The translations under genes and the position numbers were made by a program. 64,000 bases of DNA, from contig OY762721.1 in NCBI GenBank assembly GCA_963666345.1, forward strand, positions 1,952,001-2,016,000. Direction: 5' to 3'. This document shows positions 1-10,430 of the stretch, piece after piece (within the stretch, counting starts at the first letter, position 1; each line of letters begins with the position of its first letter). Origin of the DNA: Desulfatiglandales bacterium (GTDB lineage Bacteria; Desulfobacterota; DSM-4660; Desulfatiglandales; Desulfatiglandaceae). The notes beneath the pieces were generated by a model, which saw nothing but the letters and a program-made list of their open reading frames with translations, did no database searches and was not told the origin of the DNA.

Positions 1-962
1 TTTAAAAAAAACTGTACGGTAGATACATTAAGCGGCAATCCTCCAGTATTTTTAAGTGGTAAAGAAAACAATTCCGGATATGCGTTAAATAAGATTTTTT
101 TGTATAGCATCTGATCTTTTCGTAAACTTCTTGGCAGGTTCAGCATAAACACAACCCATCGTGGATTTAAGAATGGAGCGATGTGCTTTTTATCTTTTAA
201 GAGAACCAAAGGCATAATATAAAGCCTTTGACGAATAAAAAAATCCAGTTGCTCATCTAAAGTTATTAATTTTCTATCTAAGAAAGGTTTTTCTGGCAAC
301 AGTTCATTCTCAGGCCATGAAGATTGATTTTCTGTATAATTATTGCGTTTAATAAAACCTATCTTTGCCTTTTCCCATGTGACACTGTCATTTTTTTGTA
401 AGTGCGATCCAGATAGTGGGTCGCCCATGAAGCCACTCAAAAAAACCGAACCACCTTCAAAGCAACTAAACACCTGACTGAATAAAAAACCTTCAACCAG
501 TGCTATGGGGTAGTGAAATTTTTTAGCATAGCCAATCAGCTCTTGTTCACTCCATTTGATCTTGCCCAGATTGATCACCTTGTTGACCACACCCACTTTT
601 TTAGCCACCTGTTGGCCAATTTCATAATCCAGCGCCCCAGGAATACCAACAGTAACGGTTTGTATCTGGCTTTTGGGCAAATGCTTGAGCATACCTGCAA
701 GGATGGCTCGTGAATCCATTCCACCACTTAAAGGAATGACAACTGTTTCTTTACCTACTTTGCCGGCAATATCGTGAAATGTATCGTCAAGGATTTTAGC
801 CCCTTCCCTGATGAGTTCTTCACGGGGTTTCTGGCTTTTGATTTCTTGCAGATCAATGCCATAGCGGGACAATAATCTCTGCACTTTTACTTGGTTGGGC
901 CGTGGCACATAACCATAATACAAAAAGGCATTGATTTGGTCCTTAGTCAGTGGCAGCTGCAT
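1..962 (-). CDS. Asparagine synthetase C-terminal-domain-like protein (putative sugar amidotransferase), truncated by the window edge
   Basis: Not in ORF track; translated by hand from ATG at 962: MQLPLTKDQINAFLYYGYVP...VVIPLSGGMDSRAILAG...FLSGFMGDPLSG (PP-loop SGGxDS and SGxxGD motifs); overlaps the wzx stop. Confidence 0.75.
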   Translation of the reverse strand, partial: MQLPLTKDQINAFLYYGYVPRPNQVKVQRLLSRYGIDLQEIKSQKPREELIREGAKILDDTFHDIAGKVGKETVVIPLSGGMDSRAILAGMLKHLPKSQIQTVTVGIPGALDYEIGQQVAKKVGVVNKVINLGKIKWSEQELIGYAKKFHYPIALVEGFLFSQVFSCFEGGSVFLSGFMGDPLSGSHLQKNDSVTWEKAKIGFIKRNNYTENQSSWPENELLPEKPFLDRKLITLDEQLDFFIRQRLYIMPLVLLKDKKHIAPFLNPRWVVFMLNLPRSLRKDQMLYKKILFNAYPELFSLPLKNTGGLPLNVSTVQFFL

Positions 963-2310
963 CAGATGCTAACCTCCTTGAAATCAGAACCGCTTCAATG
1001 GCCAGCATGGCAAGTGACCATGAAATATAGTAAATTAAATAAGCCACTCCAGCACCTTTCAAACCAATGGCAGAAAGGAGGATAAAAAGAACTATAAAAT
1101 ATATGATAGTACCGGCTATATGCACCCAAAATGTTGTGTGCGGTCTTCCCATGGAGAGCATGACAGGTTGCAGGGGGAAAGCCGCAGCTGCCACAACAAT
1201 GGCCAGCATGTACCAGAGCATCACGCCTAATGAGTCTGAATAGGCATTTCCTACAGTAAGTCTAATAATGTAGTCTCCAAAGAAATAAAAAATGAACCAA
1301 CTACCCAATGCAATCAGCCCTGCCAAAACTGAGGCGCGCACACCAAAGCGTACAAATTCTTTTATTGCACCGTTAGAGAAAAGTTTTGCCAGTTCCGGAA
1401 AAATGGATTGATACAACGGGTCAACCGTTTTTTGAATCACCGAGGCAAACTGTTTTGCGATTTTATAAAGACCAACTGCGGCAGGTCCAAGCATGGCAGC
1501 AATAATCATAACATCCAGTTCCCTTGATGTCATACGTATTGAGCTGTTTATGTTCGTTGTCCACACAAAGCCCCATATCCCATAAAACCTTTGCGATATA
1601 TTTTTGGCACTGCTTTGCATGAAACCATGAAACTTCTGATGAACCAATTCCTGGTAGGCAAAGTAAATCAGAATAAGTTTGCCCAGTATATCTACAACTG
1701 CCCATACCAACAGAAATACCCAGAGTCCAGCGCCCGTGGTAAAAGCGATGGTTACGCCGATCAGTTTAATGGCAGCCGCAATTACATTCTGGTAAGCAAC
1801 TTTTTTAAATTTATCAAATAATCTTAAAATTGCTGTAGGGGTTCCGTTGATATGGAAAAGAATTGTAAAGCTGTAAATCGCCGCCATCAGAACAAGCTGC
1901 TCATTCCAGCCTCGCCACTGTCCCACAAACCAAGCAGCAGAAGCAGCAAGGACAGTGCCCAGAATGGCGGTAGCACCATCCAGCATAAAGCCAAACTTGA
2001 TAAGAGATTTGAAATCCTGCTCTCGCTTTTGATCCAGAGCATCAGCACCGTATTTGATGATTGCCTGCCAGCTTTGGAAGTTAACCAGCCTGTCCACAAT
2101 GGCCACATAAGTGGTTATCAGCACCAGAATGCCAAACTGCGCCACCCCAAGAGCGCGGGCAGTCATGGCCAGAGATGCAAGCCCAAGCAAAGATGCAGCC
2201 ATGTTGCCGCTGAATAACATGGCCGCATTCTTAAACAGGCGGCGCAGAAGATCATCCTGCATCCATTGGCGAGGGTAGCCTACGGCTTTAATGGCTTTTG
2301 GTATATTCAT
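943..2310 (-). CDS. wzx: Polysaccharide flippase (Wzx/MOP family)
   Basis: 455 aa, many hydrophobic segments, ARALGVAQFG and LGPAAVGLYKIA motifs, polysaccharide locus context. Confidence 0.85.
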   Translation of the reverse strand: MNIPKAIKAVGYPRQWMQDDLLRRLFKNAAMLFSGNMAASLLGLASLAMTARALGVAQFGILVLITTYVAIVDRLVNFQSWQAIIKYGADALDQKREQDFKSLIKFGFMLDGATAILGTVLAASAAWFVGQWRGWNEQLVLMAAIYSFTILFHINGTPTAILRLFDKFKKVAYQNVIAAAIKLIGVTIAFTTGAGLWVFLLVWAVVDILGKLILIYFAYQELVHQKFHGFMQSSAKNISQRFYGIWGFVWTTNINSSIRMTSRELDVMIIAAMLGPAAVGLYKIAKQFASVIQKTVDPLYQSIFPELAKLFSNGAIKEFVRFGVRASVLAGLIALGSWFIFYFFGDYIIRLTVGNAYSDSLGVMLWYMLAIVVAAAAFPLQPVMLSMGRPHTTFWVHIAGTIIYFIVLFILLSAIGLKGAGVAYLIYYISWSLAMLAIEAVLISRRLASDAAATD

Positions 2311-2360
2311 TTAGAGACTTAAATTAATCAGTCAAAAAGGGGTTCATTGCACGCTAATAC

Positions 2361-3380
2361 TTACACCCCCAAATACCATTTCCCAGCTTTTTCCAAGCCC
2401 GCCCTCACCGAATAATGCGGCTCATATCCTAAAAGCATTTTCGCTTTGTCGATATCGGCCAGTGAATGGCGAATATCTCCGGGTCGAAAATCGCGATATT
2501 CAGGTTGAATGTCCATTACCTGAGGATGGTTCCTACCGACCCTTTCCCTGATGAGTTGGAAAAGCTCATTTAGTGTAGTGCGCTCACCAAAGGCAATATT
2601 GTAAACACCACAATCATCATTTCCATCTGCCGTGACTGCCAGGATATTTGCCTGAACACAATTATCAATGTAGCAAAAATCACGACTGGTTTCGCCATCG
2701 CCATTGATATAAACAGTGTTGCCGGTAATCAATGATTCAAACCACAGGGGGATGACTGCGGCATATGCGCCATGGGGGTCCTGGCGTCTGCCAAACACAT
2801 TAAAATATCTGAGTCCGGTGCTTTTCAGGCCATAGGTTCGGGCAAACACATCCGCATAGAGTTCATTGACATATTTTGTAACTGCATAAGGAGACAATGG
2901 CCGGCCGATCTCATCTTCCTTCTTAGGAAGACCCGGATGATCGCCATATGTTGAGCTTGACGCTGCATAAACAAAGTGTTTAACATTTGCATCTCTTGCG
3001 GCTATAAGCATGTTCAGGTGTCCTGTTATATTATTGGCGTTTGTCAGTGCCGGATCTGCTACTGACCTTGGAACAGATCCAAGTGCTGCCTCGTGCAGAA
3101 CATAATCCTGATTTTCACATGCCCTGCTACAGGTTTCAGGATCACGGATATCACCTTTGATAAAGGTAAAATTGTTCCACTGCTCTGGAGTGACTGTTTT
3201 TTCAACCTGATCCAGATTGTGCTGATAACCAGTGGAAAAATTATCTAATCCCGTTACTGTCTGGTTGAGTTTTAAAAGCGCTTCAAGAAGATTTGAGCCT
3301 ATAAAACCGGCAGCGCCGGTGATCAGCCACTTTTCAGGAGTCTTTATCAGGATTTGTTTTGTTGATTCATATTTAGTCAT
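2361..3380 (-). CDS. UDP-GlcNAc/GlcNAcA 4-epimerase (WbpP/TviC-like SDR)
   Basis: [50 protein letters not shown] motifs. Confidence 0.9.
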   Translation of the reverse strand: MTKYESTKQILIKTPEKWLITGAAGFIGSNLLEALLKLNQTVTGLDNFSTGYQHNLDQVEKTVTPEQWNNFTFIKGDIRDPETCSRACENQDYVLHEAALGSVPRSVADPALTNANNITGHLNMLIAARDANVKHFVYAASSSTYGDHPGLPKKEDEIGRPLSPYAVTKYVNELYADVFARTYGLKSTGLRYFNVFGRRQDPHGAYAAVIPLWFESLITGNTVYINGDGETSRDFCYIDNCVQANILAVTADGNDDCGVYNIAFGERTTLNELFQLIRERVGRNHPQVMDIQPEYRDFRPGDIRHSLADIDKAKMLLGYEPHYSVRAGLEKAGKWYLGV

Positions 3381-3419
3381 AAGTAGAACCTTTCTGCCTC
3401 ACGCAAAGGCGCAAAGGCG

Positions 3420-4680
3420 CTAATACTTTTCAAGTCTTACCTGGTCTTTAATTCTCTTTACATGGCCGCGGTCCAGGCCTTTTACTTCGCATCCAAGTTC
3501 AAAAAACCTTTTTATTTTCTCGTCATTGAGGATGCCGGAGCAGTAGATGATGGCCACCGGATTGCCCACCATTTCGACGATTTCATCAGGTGTCAGTTTC
3601 AGGTATTCCTGGTGTCTGACTGCCAGCACTACCGCATCCGCCCCTTTCAGTGTATCCGTCAGATTCGTGTGTATGCGCAGTCCTGTAAGGTTTTCCTAGT
3701 TTCGGAAAAAACGCGCCCATGAATGGCCGGGTGCGGGATAGGTCTCCTGTTTCTCAAACTCCCACCAGTGTTTTACATAGGGGTCATGAACGGATACCTC
3801 ACCCCCCATCTCGGTCAGTTTTCTCACTATCATCTCAGAGCCGCTGTAGCGGGTATCACCCACGTCCTCCCTGTAGGACACACCGAGGACCGCGATGTTT
3901 GATGCCGCAACTATCTTTCCCATGTTACGCAGCGCGTCACGCACCAGCTGGACGACATGAAGGGAGCGGGTATCGTTTATGTCGATGGCAAGGGGGGTAA
4001 TCTTGAAGATATCGTCGTCAAAGCCCATGAGCGAATTGTATGCCCATACGCCAAGCCCCCCGTCCTTGGGAAGGCAGTATCCACCGATTCCGGGACCGGG
4101 GAAAATAATGTTTGAATGGGTGGGTCGGATCTTTATGGCGTCTATGACCTTTATAAGGTCCACCCCATTTCTCTCCGAGAAAAGGCTCCATTCATTTAGA
4201 AAGGAAAGGATTGTGGCCCGATATGAATTTTCCACGATCTTGCATGTTTCACTTTCTATGGGCCGGTCAAGAACCGTTAAAGGAAATTTCTCGACATTAA
4301 TCACATTTGAAAGAAACCTTGTGACACGGCTTTTTGCCTCATCATTAATGCCTGAGCATACGCGCCAGAAATCGCGAATGGAAGCGACATAGTTTTTACC
4401 GGGCATCACTCTTTCAAATGAATGGGTAAGAAGGGGCTCGGAGCCGTTCAGGCCCCTTTTTTCAAAGGCTTTTTTATAACCAGGTAGGCGATATATTCGG
4501 TTGTCCTAGGAGGCACGGTCGTCTCAATGAGCACCAGACAATCAGGTCTTTCTTATCTTATCCCCTATTATCTGGAGGCTTTGTTCAAGAGCCTCGATAT
4601 CAGCATGGCCTTTTCTGACATCTCCCACGGTTTCCTTGTGGTAGTCACACTGCACATCCACCGCTACAATGTCCGCAATA
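3420..4680 (-). pseudogene. 5'-truncated, frameshifted duplicate of the NDP-sugar dehydrogenase at 6782-8473
   Basis: Fragments 3420-3629, 3696-4409 and the 3' half of 4542-4823 match the 563-aa protein; in-frame stop at 3696 and several frameshifts. Confidence 0.9.
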
Positions 4681-4689
4681 GGATGGGCA

Positions 4690-4900
4690 TCATTGAAAAT
4701 CACCCAGTGTCCACCAATACGAGCAATTTCTTCACCAAACAACTCGACTGTTGAATGACTAGCGGTACTCCGACTTCCGGTACGTAGCTTTTTTTTATTA
4801 AGCCTGAGGTATATCCAGAACACCCAGGGTCAATAACAATTGGCTTTTTATCAATGAAGAGTTCGAAGGCCAGTAAATCGGTCCGTGCCCACCCCTTCCC
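4690..4900 (-). pseudogene. Heparinase II/III-like gene remnant
   Basis: Two frames give DLLAFELFIDKKPIVIDPGCSGY and RSTASHSTVELFGEE, resembling the D.LSFEL...DPG..Y and RST.AHNTV motifs of that family. Confidence 0.55.
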
Positions 4901-4937
4901 CCCATGCCGACTTCTCCCCCATCTACAATGAAATAAC

Positions 4938-5176
4938 AACAAACTGCCTGTGGCCGCTATTCACGTCCTTAACGAAGATGTCTTGGCTTTCTGTGATGCA
5001 CTTGGGGTTAAAATCAACACTCCATCATCAGTGAGAACGGCAGGGAGTACTGATATCGACCAGATCGACATCCCTATGAAATTTTTCTACAGCTCGAAAA
5101 CATTGAGCATCGAATGACTAGAGTCATAAGACCTCAGAGCAATGGCTTCATTGAGAGATTGCACTGGATCCTTCTT
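4938..5176 (+). mobile_element. IS481-family transposase remnant
   Basis: Hand translation NKLPVAAIHVLNEDVLAF...(frameshift)ISENGREY*YRPDRHPYEIFLQLENIEHRMTRVIRPQSNGFIERLH resembles the IS481 integrase core (DNGREF...PQSNGFVER). Confidence 0.75.
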
Positions 5177-5204
5177 AATGGGCATTTCCATGTCATGGAT
5201 CGTA

Positions 5205-5561
5205 CTAATCATTAACATATATTATATTTACTAACGAACCGGCTACCGGGTCGGCTCCTGAGCTACCTCCAATCCGGACAAACACCGTTTTTCCCATTGA
5301 ATAAGCAGTTAACAAAGTGGCCAAACCCTGGTTTCCCAATGCATCACTTAGATAAAACATCCTTGACCCTCCCCAATGTGCATCATTCGATTCATCAAGA
5401 AAAGCAATACCTCCAGAGCTTCCTGCTGAGACATTAGGATAAAAGCCAACTTTAGTGATTGTGGCAGAACCTATATCCGCTGCGCTTGCTATTGTAGGAA
5501 TAGTAGTTATGGAAAACGCAACCAACAGAATTAGCAATATACCCATTTGTTTTGTCTTCAT
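5205..5561 (-). CDS. Small secreted hypothetical protein
   Basis: 118 aa, signal peptide ending ASA-A, AGGAGG RBS. Confidence 0.7.
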   Translation of the reverse strand: MKTKQMGILLILLVAFSITTIPTIASAADIGSATITKVGFYPNVSAGSSGGIAFLDESNDAHWGGSRMFYLSDALGNQGLATLLTAYSMGKTVFVRIGGSSGADPVAGSLVNIIYVND

Positions 5562-5688
5562 CTTTAAACCTCCTTTTTTATTTTTCGTTGTTTTTTAAAT
5601 TGGTTTTACATAAACCCAACAAAAATTATTAAGCTTTTATTTTTCACGAAGCACCTTTAGTTCAGGCTTACTTACTTCTTGGATAACC

Positions 5689-6669
5689 TCATTCCGGCGA
5701 TGACGTAATCGCATTGGGGTCGTTAGCTTTCATCTCCATTTCACGCTTCTGTTTCTCATGAAGCGCTTGCAATTGACCTCTCGTTAATCCCGGTTCATCA
5801 CCTGATCCAGGAACCACTATCTCATCCATGTTTTGATTTGCTGCTTCAAAATCCCGCTGCTGCTGTTCATGAAGCGCATTGAGCTGGCCTCTAGTTAGGG
5901 CTGGTTGGTCTCCTGATGCTGGTATCGCTATCTCATCCAGGTCACTAGGCTGCTTCTCAATTTCACGCTTTTGTTTCTCATGAAGTGCTTGCAGTTGACC
6001 TCTCGTTAATCCCGGTTCATCACCTGATCCAGGAACCACTATCTCATCCATGTTTTGATTTGCTACTTTAAAATCTCGCTGCTGCTGTTCATGAAGCGCA
6101 TTGAGCTGGCCTCTAGTTAGGGCTGGTTGGTCTCCCGATGCTAATATAACTAGCTCATTCGGATCATTAGCCTGCATCTTTATTTCACGTTTTTGCTTCT
6201 CATGAAGTGCTTTAATTTCTTGATCAGTGAGGCTCACACCATCTAAATCTTCTTCTGAATCTATTATAAAATTATTTTTACCAGGAGCCTTGCCGCCAAA
6301 ATTAAGTATTTCGAAAGTGCTATTGAACTCGTCTTTGATAACTGCACAATTTTTTATTCCGGTTCTTTTTATGATTTTTCTAACAGCTTCAAAAAGAGGG
6401 ACTTCATCCACTTTTATTGTGATTCGCTCTTTTTCAAATTCCTTATCTAAAATGATTTGATAACCCGTTTTACTATATATATCCTCAAAAATTTGTTTTA
6501 GGACCTTATTTTTAATATCTAATGACAGAACAGGCTCTTCAGTGCCTTTAGCTGATCCCCAGCATGAATCAGAATCTAAACTAACTGATATCATCGTTCC
6601 AAGACAATAAAAAAACAAAACAACGAAAAGTCTATTTCTTATACCGTATTTCATATAGCTTTTTACCAC
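5689..6669 (-). CDS. Exported protein with STN-like N-terminal domain and 37-aa C-terminal repeats
   Basis: LSLDIKNKVLKQIFEDIYSKTGYQII...ITIKVDEVPLFEAVRKII resembles the secretin/TonB short N-terminal domain; repeated LTRGQLxALHE. Confidence 0.6.
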   Translation of the reverse strand: MVKSYMKYGIRNRLFVVLFFYCLGTMISVSLDSDSCWGSAKGTEEPVLSLDIKNKVLKQIFEDIYSKTGYQIILDKEFEKERITIKVDEVPLFEAVRKIIKRTGIKNCAVIKDEFNSTFEILNFGGKAPGKNNFIIDSEEDLDGVSLTDQEIKALHEKQKREIKMQANDPNELVILASGDQPALTRGQLNALHEQQQRDFKVANQNMDEIVVPGSGDEPGLTRGQLQALHEKQKREIEKQPSDLDEIAIPASGDQPALTRGQLNALHEQQQRDFEAANQNMDEIVVPGSGDEPGLTRGQLQALHEKQKREMEMKANDPNAITSSPE

Positions 6670-6781
6670 ATTTTTTTACTTTTGGTCAAAAATTATGTTC
6701 ATTTCTTGACAAAAATTTATTTTTCTAAATATATCAAAGAGTTAAATTTCTTTCTGTTTCACAAAAACTTATTCCACTAAT

Positions 6782-8473
6782 TTATAAGGCACTCTCATTA
6801 TTCAATACCTGATCCTTAATCCTTTTAACATGCCCCCTGCCAAGCCCTTTTACCTCGCAACCCAACTCAAAATAACGTTTAATGGCTTCATCATTCAAAA
6901 TTCCGAAGCAGTCAATTATTGAGATAGGATTACCGGCCATTTCAACGACCTTATCAGGAGTCAAGCTTAGATAATCCTTGTGCCTGACAGCAAGCACAAC
7001 CGCATCGGCACCTTTAAGCACATCTGCCATGTTTTTATGGACAACAATTTTAGAAAGCTTCTCCTGACCCCTGAAAAACCTGGCCCATGACTTTTGCGGG
7101 GCAGGATATGTATCCTGTTTTTCAAGTTCCCACCAATGCTTGACATAAGGGTCGTGTACTACCACCTCACCGCCCATCTCGGTCAGTTTTCTTACTATCA
7201 TCTCAGAGCCACTGTAACGCGTATCACCCACGTCCTCCCTGTAGGAAACGCCCAGAACCGTTATGTTTGATGCCGCAACTATCTTTCCCATGTTACGCAG
7301 CGCGTCACGCACCAGCTGGACGACATGAAGGGAGCGGGTATCGTTTATGTCGATGGCAAGGGGGGTAATCTTGAAGATATCGTCGTCAAAGCCCATGAGC
7401 GAATTGTATGCCCATACGCCAAGCCCCCCGTCCTTGGGAAGGCAGTATCCACCGATTCCGGGACCGGGGAAAATAATGTTTGAATGGGTGGGTCGGATCT
7501 TTATGGCGTCTATGACCTTTATAAGGTCCACCCCATTTCTCTCCGAGAAAAGGCTCCATTCATTTAGAAAGGAAAGGATTGTGGCCCGATATGAATTTTC
7601 CACGATCTTGCATGTTTCACTTTCTATGGGCCGGTCAAGAACCGTTAAAGGAAATTTCTCGACATTAATCACATTTGAAAGAAACCTTGTGACACGGCTT
7701 TTTGCCTCATCATTAATGCCTGAGCATACGCGCCAGAAATCGCGAATGGAAGCGACATAGTTTTTACCGGGCATCACTCTTTCAAATGAATGGGCAAGAA
7801 GGGGCTTGGAGCCGTTCAGCCCCCTTTTTTCAAATGCCTTTTTTATAATCGGATAGGCGATATACTCGGTCGTGCCCGGTGGCACGGTCGTCTCGATGAG
7901 CACCAGACAATCAGGCCTTATCTTGTCCCCAATTATCTGGAGGCTTTCTTCAAGAGCCTCGATATCCGCATGGCCTTTTCGGACATCCCCGAGGGTCTCC
8001 TTGTGGTAGTCGCACTGCACATCCACCACCACAATGTCAGCAAGGCATAAGGCATCATATGAAAAGGAAGCTGTAAGGGTCTTTTTCTCCTTTACGCACC
8101 GTTTGATCAAGGGGGCGACCTCAGGGTCTTCGGCCTCAACAGGTGCCACACCCTTATTCAGATAGGGTATCTTCCAGTATGAACGGATTGAAGGCCTCTG
8201 CATGCCGATTACCGAATAGATGGAATTACCTGTTTCAGGGTCAACAGAGTCGGCCACAACCCCTGCCATAACGGAACCGACAAACCCAACGCCCATGACG
8301 ACAACGATCTCGCGACCCTTCTCTTTTTCCTGTTTTACAAGCTGTCTCAGGCGTTTGTTTTCATTTTCATAATCCGCCTCTGTCGGAAGGGGGAAGACCT
8401 CGCCGTTCGGAGAGGGGGACACGGGATTATCCGTGTTGTTGGAGGGGTTGGTTGTATTGGGGTCTTTAGTCAT
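6782..8473 (-). CDS. Nucleotide-sugar dehydrogenase (UDP-glucose/GDP-mannose dehydrogenase family, long form)
   Basis: GVGFVG, ETTVPPGTTE, KIVENSYR, GPGIGGYCLPKD (catalytic Cys), YREDVGDTRYS. Confidence 0.9.
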   Translation of the reverse strand: MTKDPNTTNPSNNTDNPVSPSPNGEVFPLPTEADYENENKRLRQLVKQEKEKGREIVVVMGVGFVGSVMAGVVADSVDPETGNSIYSVIGMQRPSIRSYWKIPYLNKGVAPVEAEDPEVAPLIKRCVKEKKTLTASFSYDALCLADIVVVDVQCDYHKETLGDVRKGHADIEALEESLQIIGDKIRPDCLVLIETTVPPGTTEYIAYPIIKKAFEKRGLNGSKPLLAHSFERVMPGKNYVASIRDFWRVCSGINDEAKSRVTRFLSNVINVEKFPLTVLDRPIESETCKIVENSYRATILSFLNEWSLFSERNGVDLIKVIDAIKIRPTHSNIIFPGPGIGGYCLPKDGGLGVWAYNSLMGFDDDIFKITPLAIDINDTRSLHVVQLVRDALRNMGKIVAASNITVLGVSYREDVGDTRYSGSEMIVRKLTEMGGEVVVHDPYVKHWWELEKQDTYPAPQKSWARFFRGQEKLSKIVVHKNMADVLKGADAVVLAVRHKDYLSLTPDKVVEMAGNPISIIDCFGILNDEAIKRYFELGCEVKGLGRGHVKRIKDQVLNNESAL

Positions 8474-8552
8474 TAATGGGTTCCTTTCTGATTAGGTTTA
8501 ACGGCCCACTTGTATTGTTTAAAAACTATAAAAGATAAAACAAATTTTATTT

Positions 8553-8660
8553 AGCCGCCCGTGCGCTTCGCTTACTTGATTAACGGGACAAAGAAGGATG
8601 AAAAGATTTTTGCTCTGCCGACACTGGCAGAGCAAAAGCTTCATTTGCTTCGCAAAAGGT
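8553..8660. repeat. Intergenic structured repeat, type A, copy 1
   Basis: AGCCGCCCG...CTTGA...GGATG...TTTTGCTCTGCC-gacact-GGCAGAGCAAAA-GCTTCATTTGCTTCGCAAAAGGT. Confidence 0.9.
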
Positions 8661-8774
8661 AAACAGCGGTATCAGTTTCAGGAATTGGGGCCTGCAGTTG
8701 AGAAGCCTTTGATTCAATTTTGGACCTCTCGAAGCTGGTTCCCTAATAACTAATAACAGTGTCCTTGTTTTCTT

Positions 8775-8884
8775 TGCCGCCCGTTCGTTTCACTCACTTG
8801 ATTGACGGGACAAAAAAGGATGAAAAAATATTTGCTCTGCCGATGCTGGCAGAGCAAAAGCTCCAATTTTACTTCGCAAAAGTT
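8775..8884. repeat. Structured repeat type A, copy 2 (followed by a type-B tail fragment at ~8927-8960)
   Basis: Same consensus, hairpin TTTGCTCTGCC-gatgct-GGCAGAGCAAA. Confidence 0.9.
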
Positions 8885-8972
8885 AAAGTCGGATTTTCAT
8901 TTAAGCACTTGGGAAAAGTCAAGTACTGCTACCCCAGGGAAAGCTTCCAATGCTTGCGCAGTAAAGTACATT

Positions 8973-9356
8973 TCAAATATTATCATTGCCCCTTTCGAGA
9001 ACCAGACGGCGAATAACGGCCTTTTCGCCCTTGAAGTTTACCAGAATCCCAAGGTGCATGCCTGTGGACCGCAGGTAGTTGAGGAGCTGCGCCTGGTGCG
9101 CCTTGGTCAGTTCATCCACCGCTTTCAGTTCCAGAATGACCTGGTTTTCAACTATCAAATCGGCAAAGTATTCGCCTACGATAGTCCCTTTGTAATTAAC
9201 ACTTATAGGTACCTGGGATTCAGCTTTGAGTCCGAGGTTTTGAAGTTCGAGCAGGAGGGCATTTTCGTAGACCTTTTCAAGGAAGCCTTCACCCAGTATG
9301 CGGTGGACCTCAAAGATAGCGCCGTTGATCTTGTAGGTAAGTTCTCTTGAATCCAT
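8973..9356 (-). CDS. GxxExxY protein (PD-(D/E)XK nuclease-like)
   Basis: LGEGFLEKVYENAL, ADLIVENQVILELK, AQLLNYL, GILVNF. Confidence 0.92.
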   Translation of the reverse strand: MDSRELTYKINGAIFEVHRILGEGFLEKVYENALLLELQNLGLKAESQVPISVNYKGTIVGEYFADLIVENQVILELKAVDELTKAHQAQLLNYLRSTGMHLGILVNFKGEKAVIRRLVLERGNDNI

Positions 9357-9421
9357 TATTATGGAATGTTCAGCGGCCCGTTATTATTGATTAAAAAGTT
9401 ATAAAAGACAAAAGACTGTTT

Positions 9422-9500
9422 AGCCGCCCGTTCACTTCGTTCACTTGATTAACGGGACAAGGCAGGATGTTTTTCCTCGGGCGATGCTCCCCGAGGAAAA
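9422..9500. repeat. Structured repeat type B, copy 3
   Basis: Same left arm AGCCGCCCGTTCACTTCGTTCACTTGATTAACGGGAC; hairpin TTTTCCTCGGG-cgatgctc-CCCGAGGAAAA. Confidence 0.88.
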
Positions 9501-9684
9501 GAGCCCAAGAGCAGGGCATCTTGGCAGATGAGCGGCTAGTAGAATAACCTTTTGGATGTTTCTTGTGCCAAATCCAGGCAGTGCCCCAGTTAAATACGCT
9601 TCGCTGTCCATGCGGAATTCTACCGGGCAGGCATGACGCGCTGTAAGAAACCAGGGGCATCTATTCTTGGTTGGCGGGGCATTG

Positions 9685-9939
9685 TTATTTATGGTAATGC
9701 TTTGTTATAGAAATTATTTCAATTTTATCTTCAGGCAGGCAAATAAAGATGGCTCTATATTTCTTATCCAAACGGAATGAATAAATATGCCGGTGTTTGG
9801 GTTCTAACAATTCAGTATTTAATGAAGGATGAGATGGATCATTCTCAAAAAGTTTTTTAGCCTTTTCCCATTTTTTATTAAGAGCATGTTTTTGAAGATA
9901 TTCCTTGATATCGTCTCTAAGTGGTAAAATGGAAGGCAT
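9685..9939 (-). CDS. RelE/ParE-superfamily toxin (TA pair 1)
   Basis: 84 aa, basic, NDPSHPSLNTELL...IYSFRLDKKYRAIF...IEIISITKHY. Confidence 0.7.
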   Translation of the reverse strand: MPSILPLRDDIKEYLQKHALNKKWEKAKKLFENDPSHPSLNTELLEPKHRHIYSFRLDKKYRAIFICLPEDKIEIISITKHYHK

Positions 9940-9945
9940 TTTGAT

Positions 9946-10209
9946 TTATCGATTAATAGATGATTTTTTTAAACCTTCTTCCAGATCTTTTAAGAAACCT
10001 TCTTCATACAAATCTGTTGCCGCAAACTCAGATATAATCGATTCAACTTTATCATTTTTAAAAGACTTTAATTCAATTGGTTTTCTCTCAAGTCTCCTTA
10101 GCAGCTTTTTTCGCTCTTCATCTGTGAGATTGTCGACGATTTCATAGAGTGTATCCATAGGTATTTCTATTTTCTTTGTTATTGTTTCTTTAAGAGTAAT
10201 TTGAGGCAT
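9946..10209 (-). CDS. Putative antitoxin (TA pair 1)
   Basis: 87 aa, 6 bp upstream of toxin, acidic C-terminus, GGAGG RBS, TTGACA -35 at 10278-10283 on minus strand. Confidence 0.6.
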   Translation of the reverse strand: MPQITLKETITKKIEIPMDTLYEIVDNLTDEERKKLLRRLERKPIELKSFKNDKVESIISEFAATDLYEEGFLKDLEEGLKKSSINR

Positions 10210-10430
10210 ATTGCACCTCCCTAAAATGGGGATTTTAAAAAGACAATACCTTAGAGATTATCATTTATTAATCTAAGTGTCAAAATCCCAAGGAAAAATA
10301 TCGTAACTCTCTTTAATAATTTGTAGTAGCTAAGATATGATCTGACACATACCCTTTCTCGCCTGTCACGCTTTTTTCGTGTTTCCCGTTTCATTATAAC
10401 CAATAACCGATAACCTTGCTCTTGTTTCTT

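Noticed and set aside
3420..8473. Diversity-generating retroelement TR/VR pair
   Set aside because: Differences between the copies are not adenine-specific and no reverse transcriptase is present.
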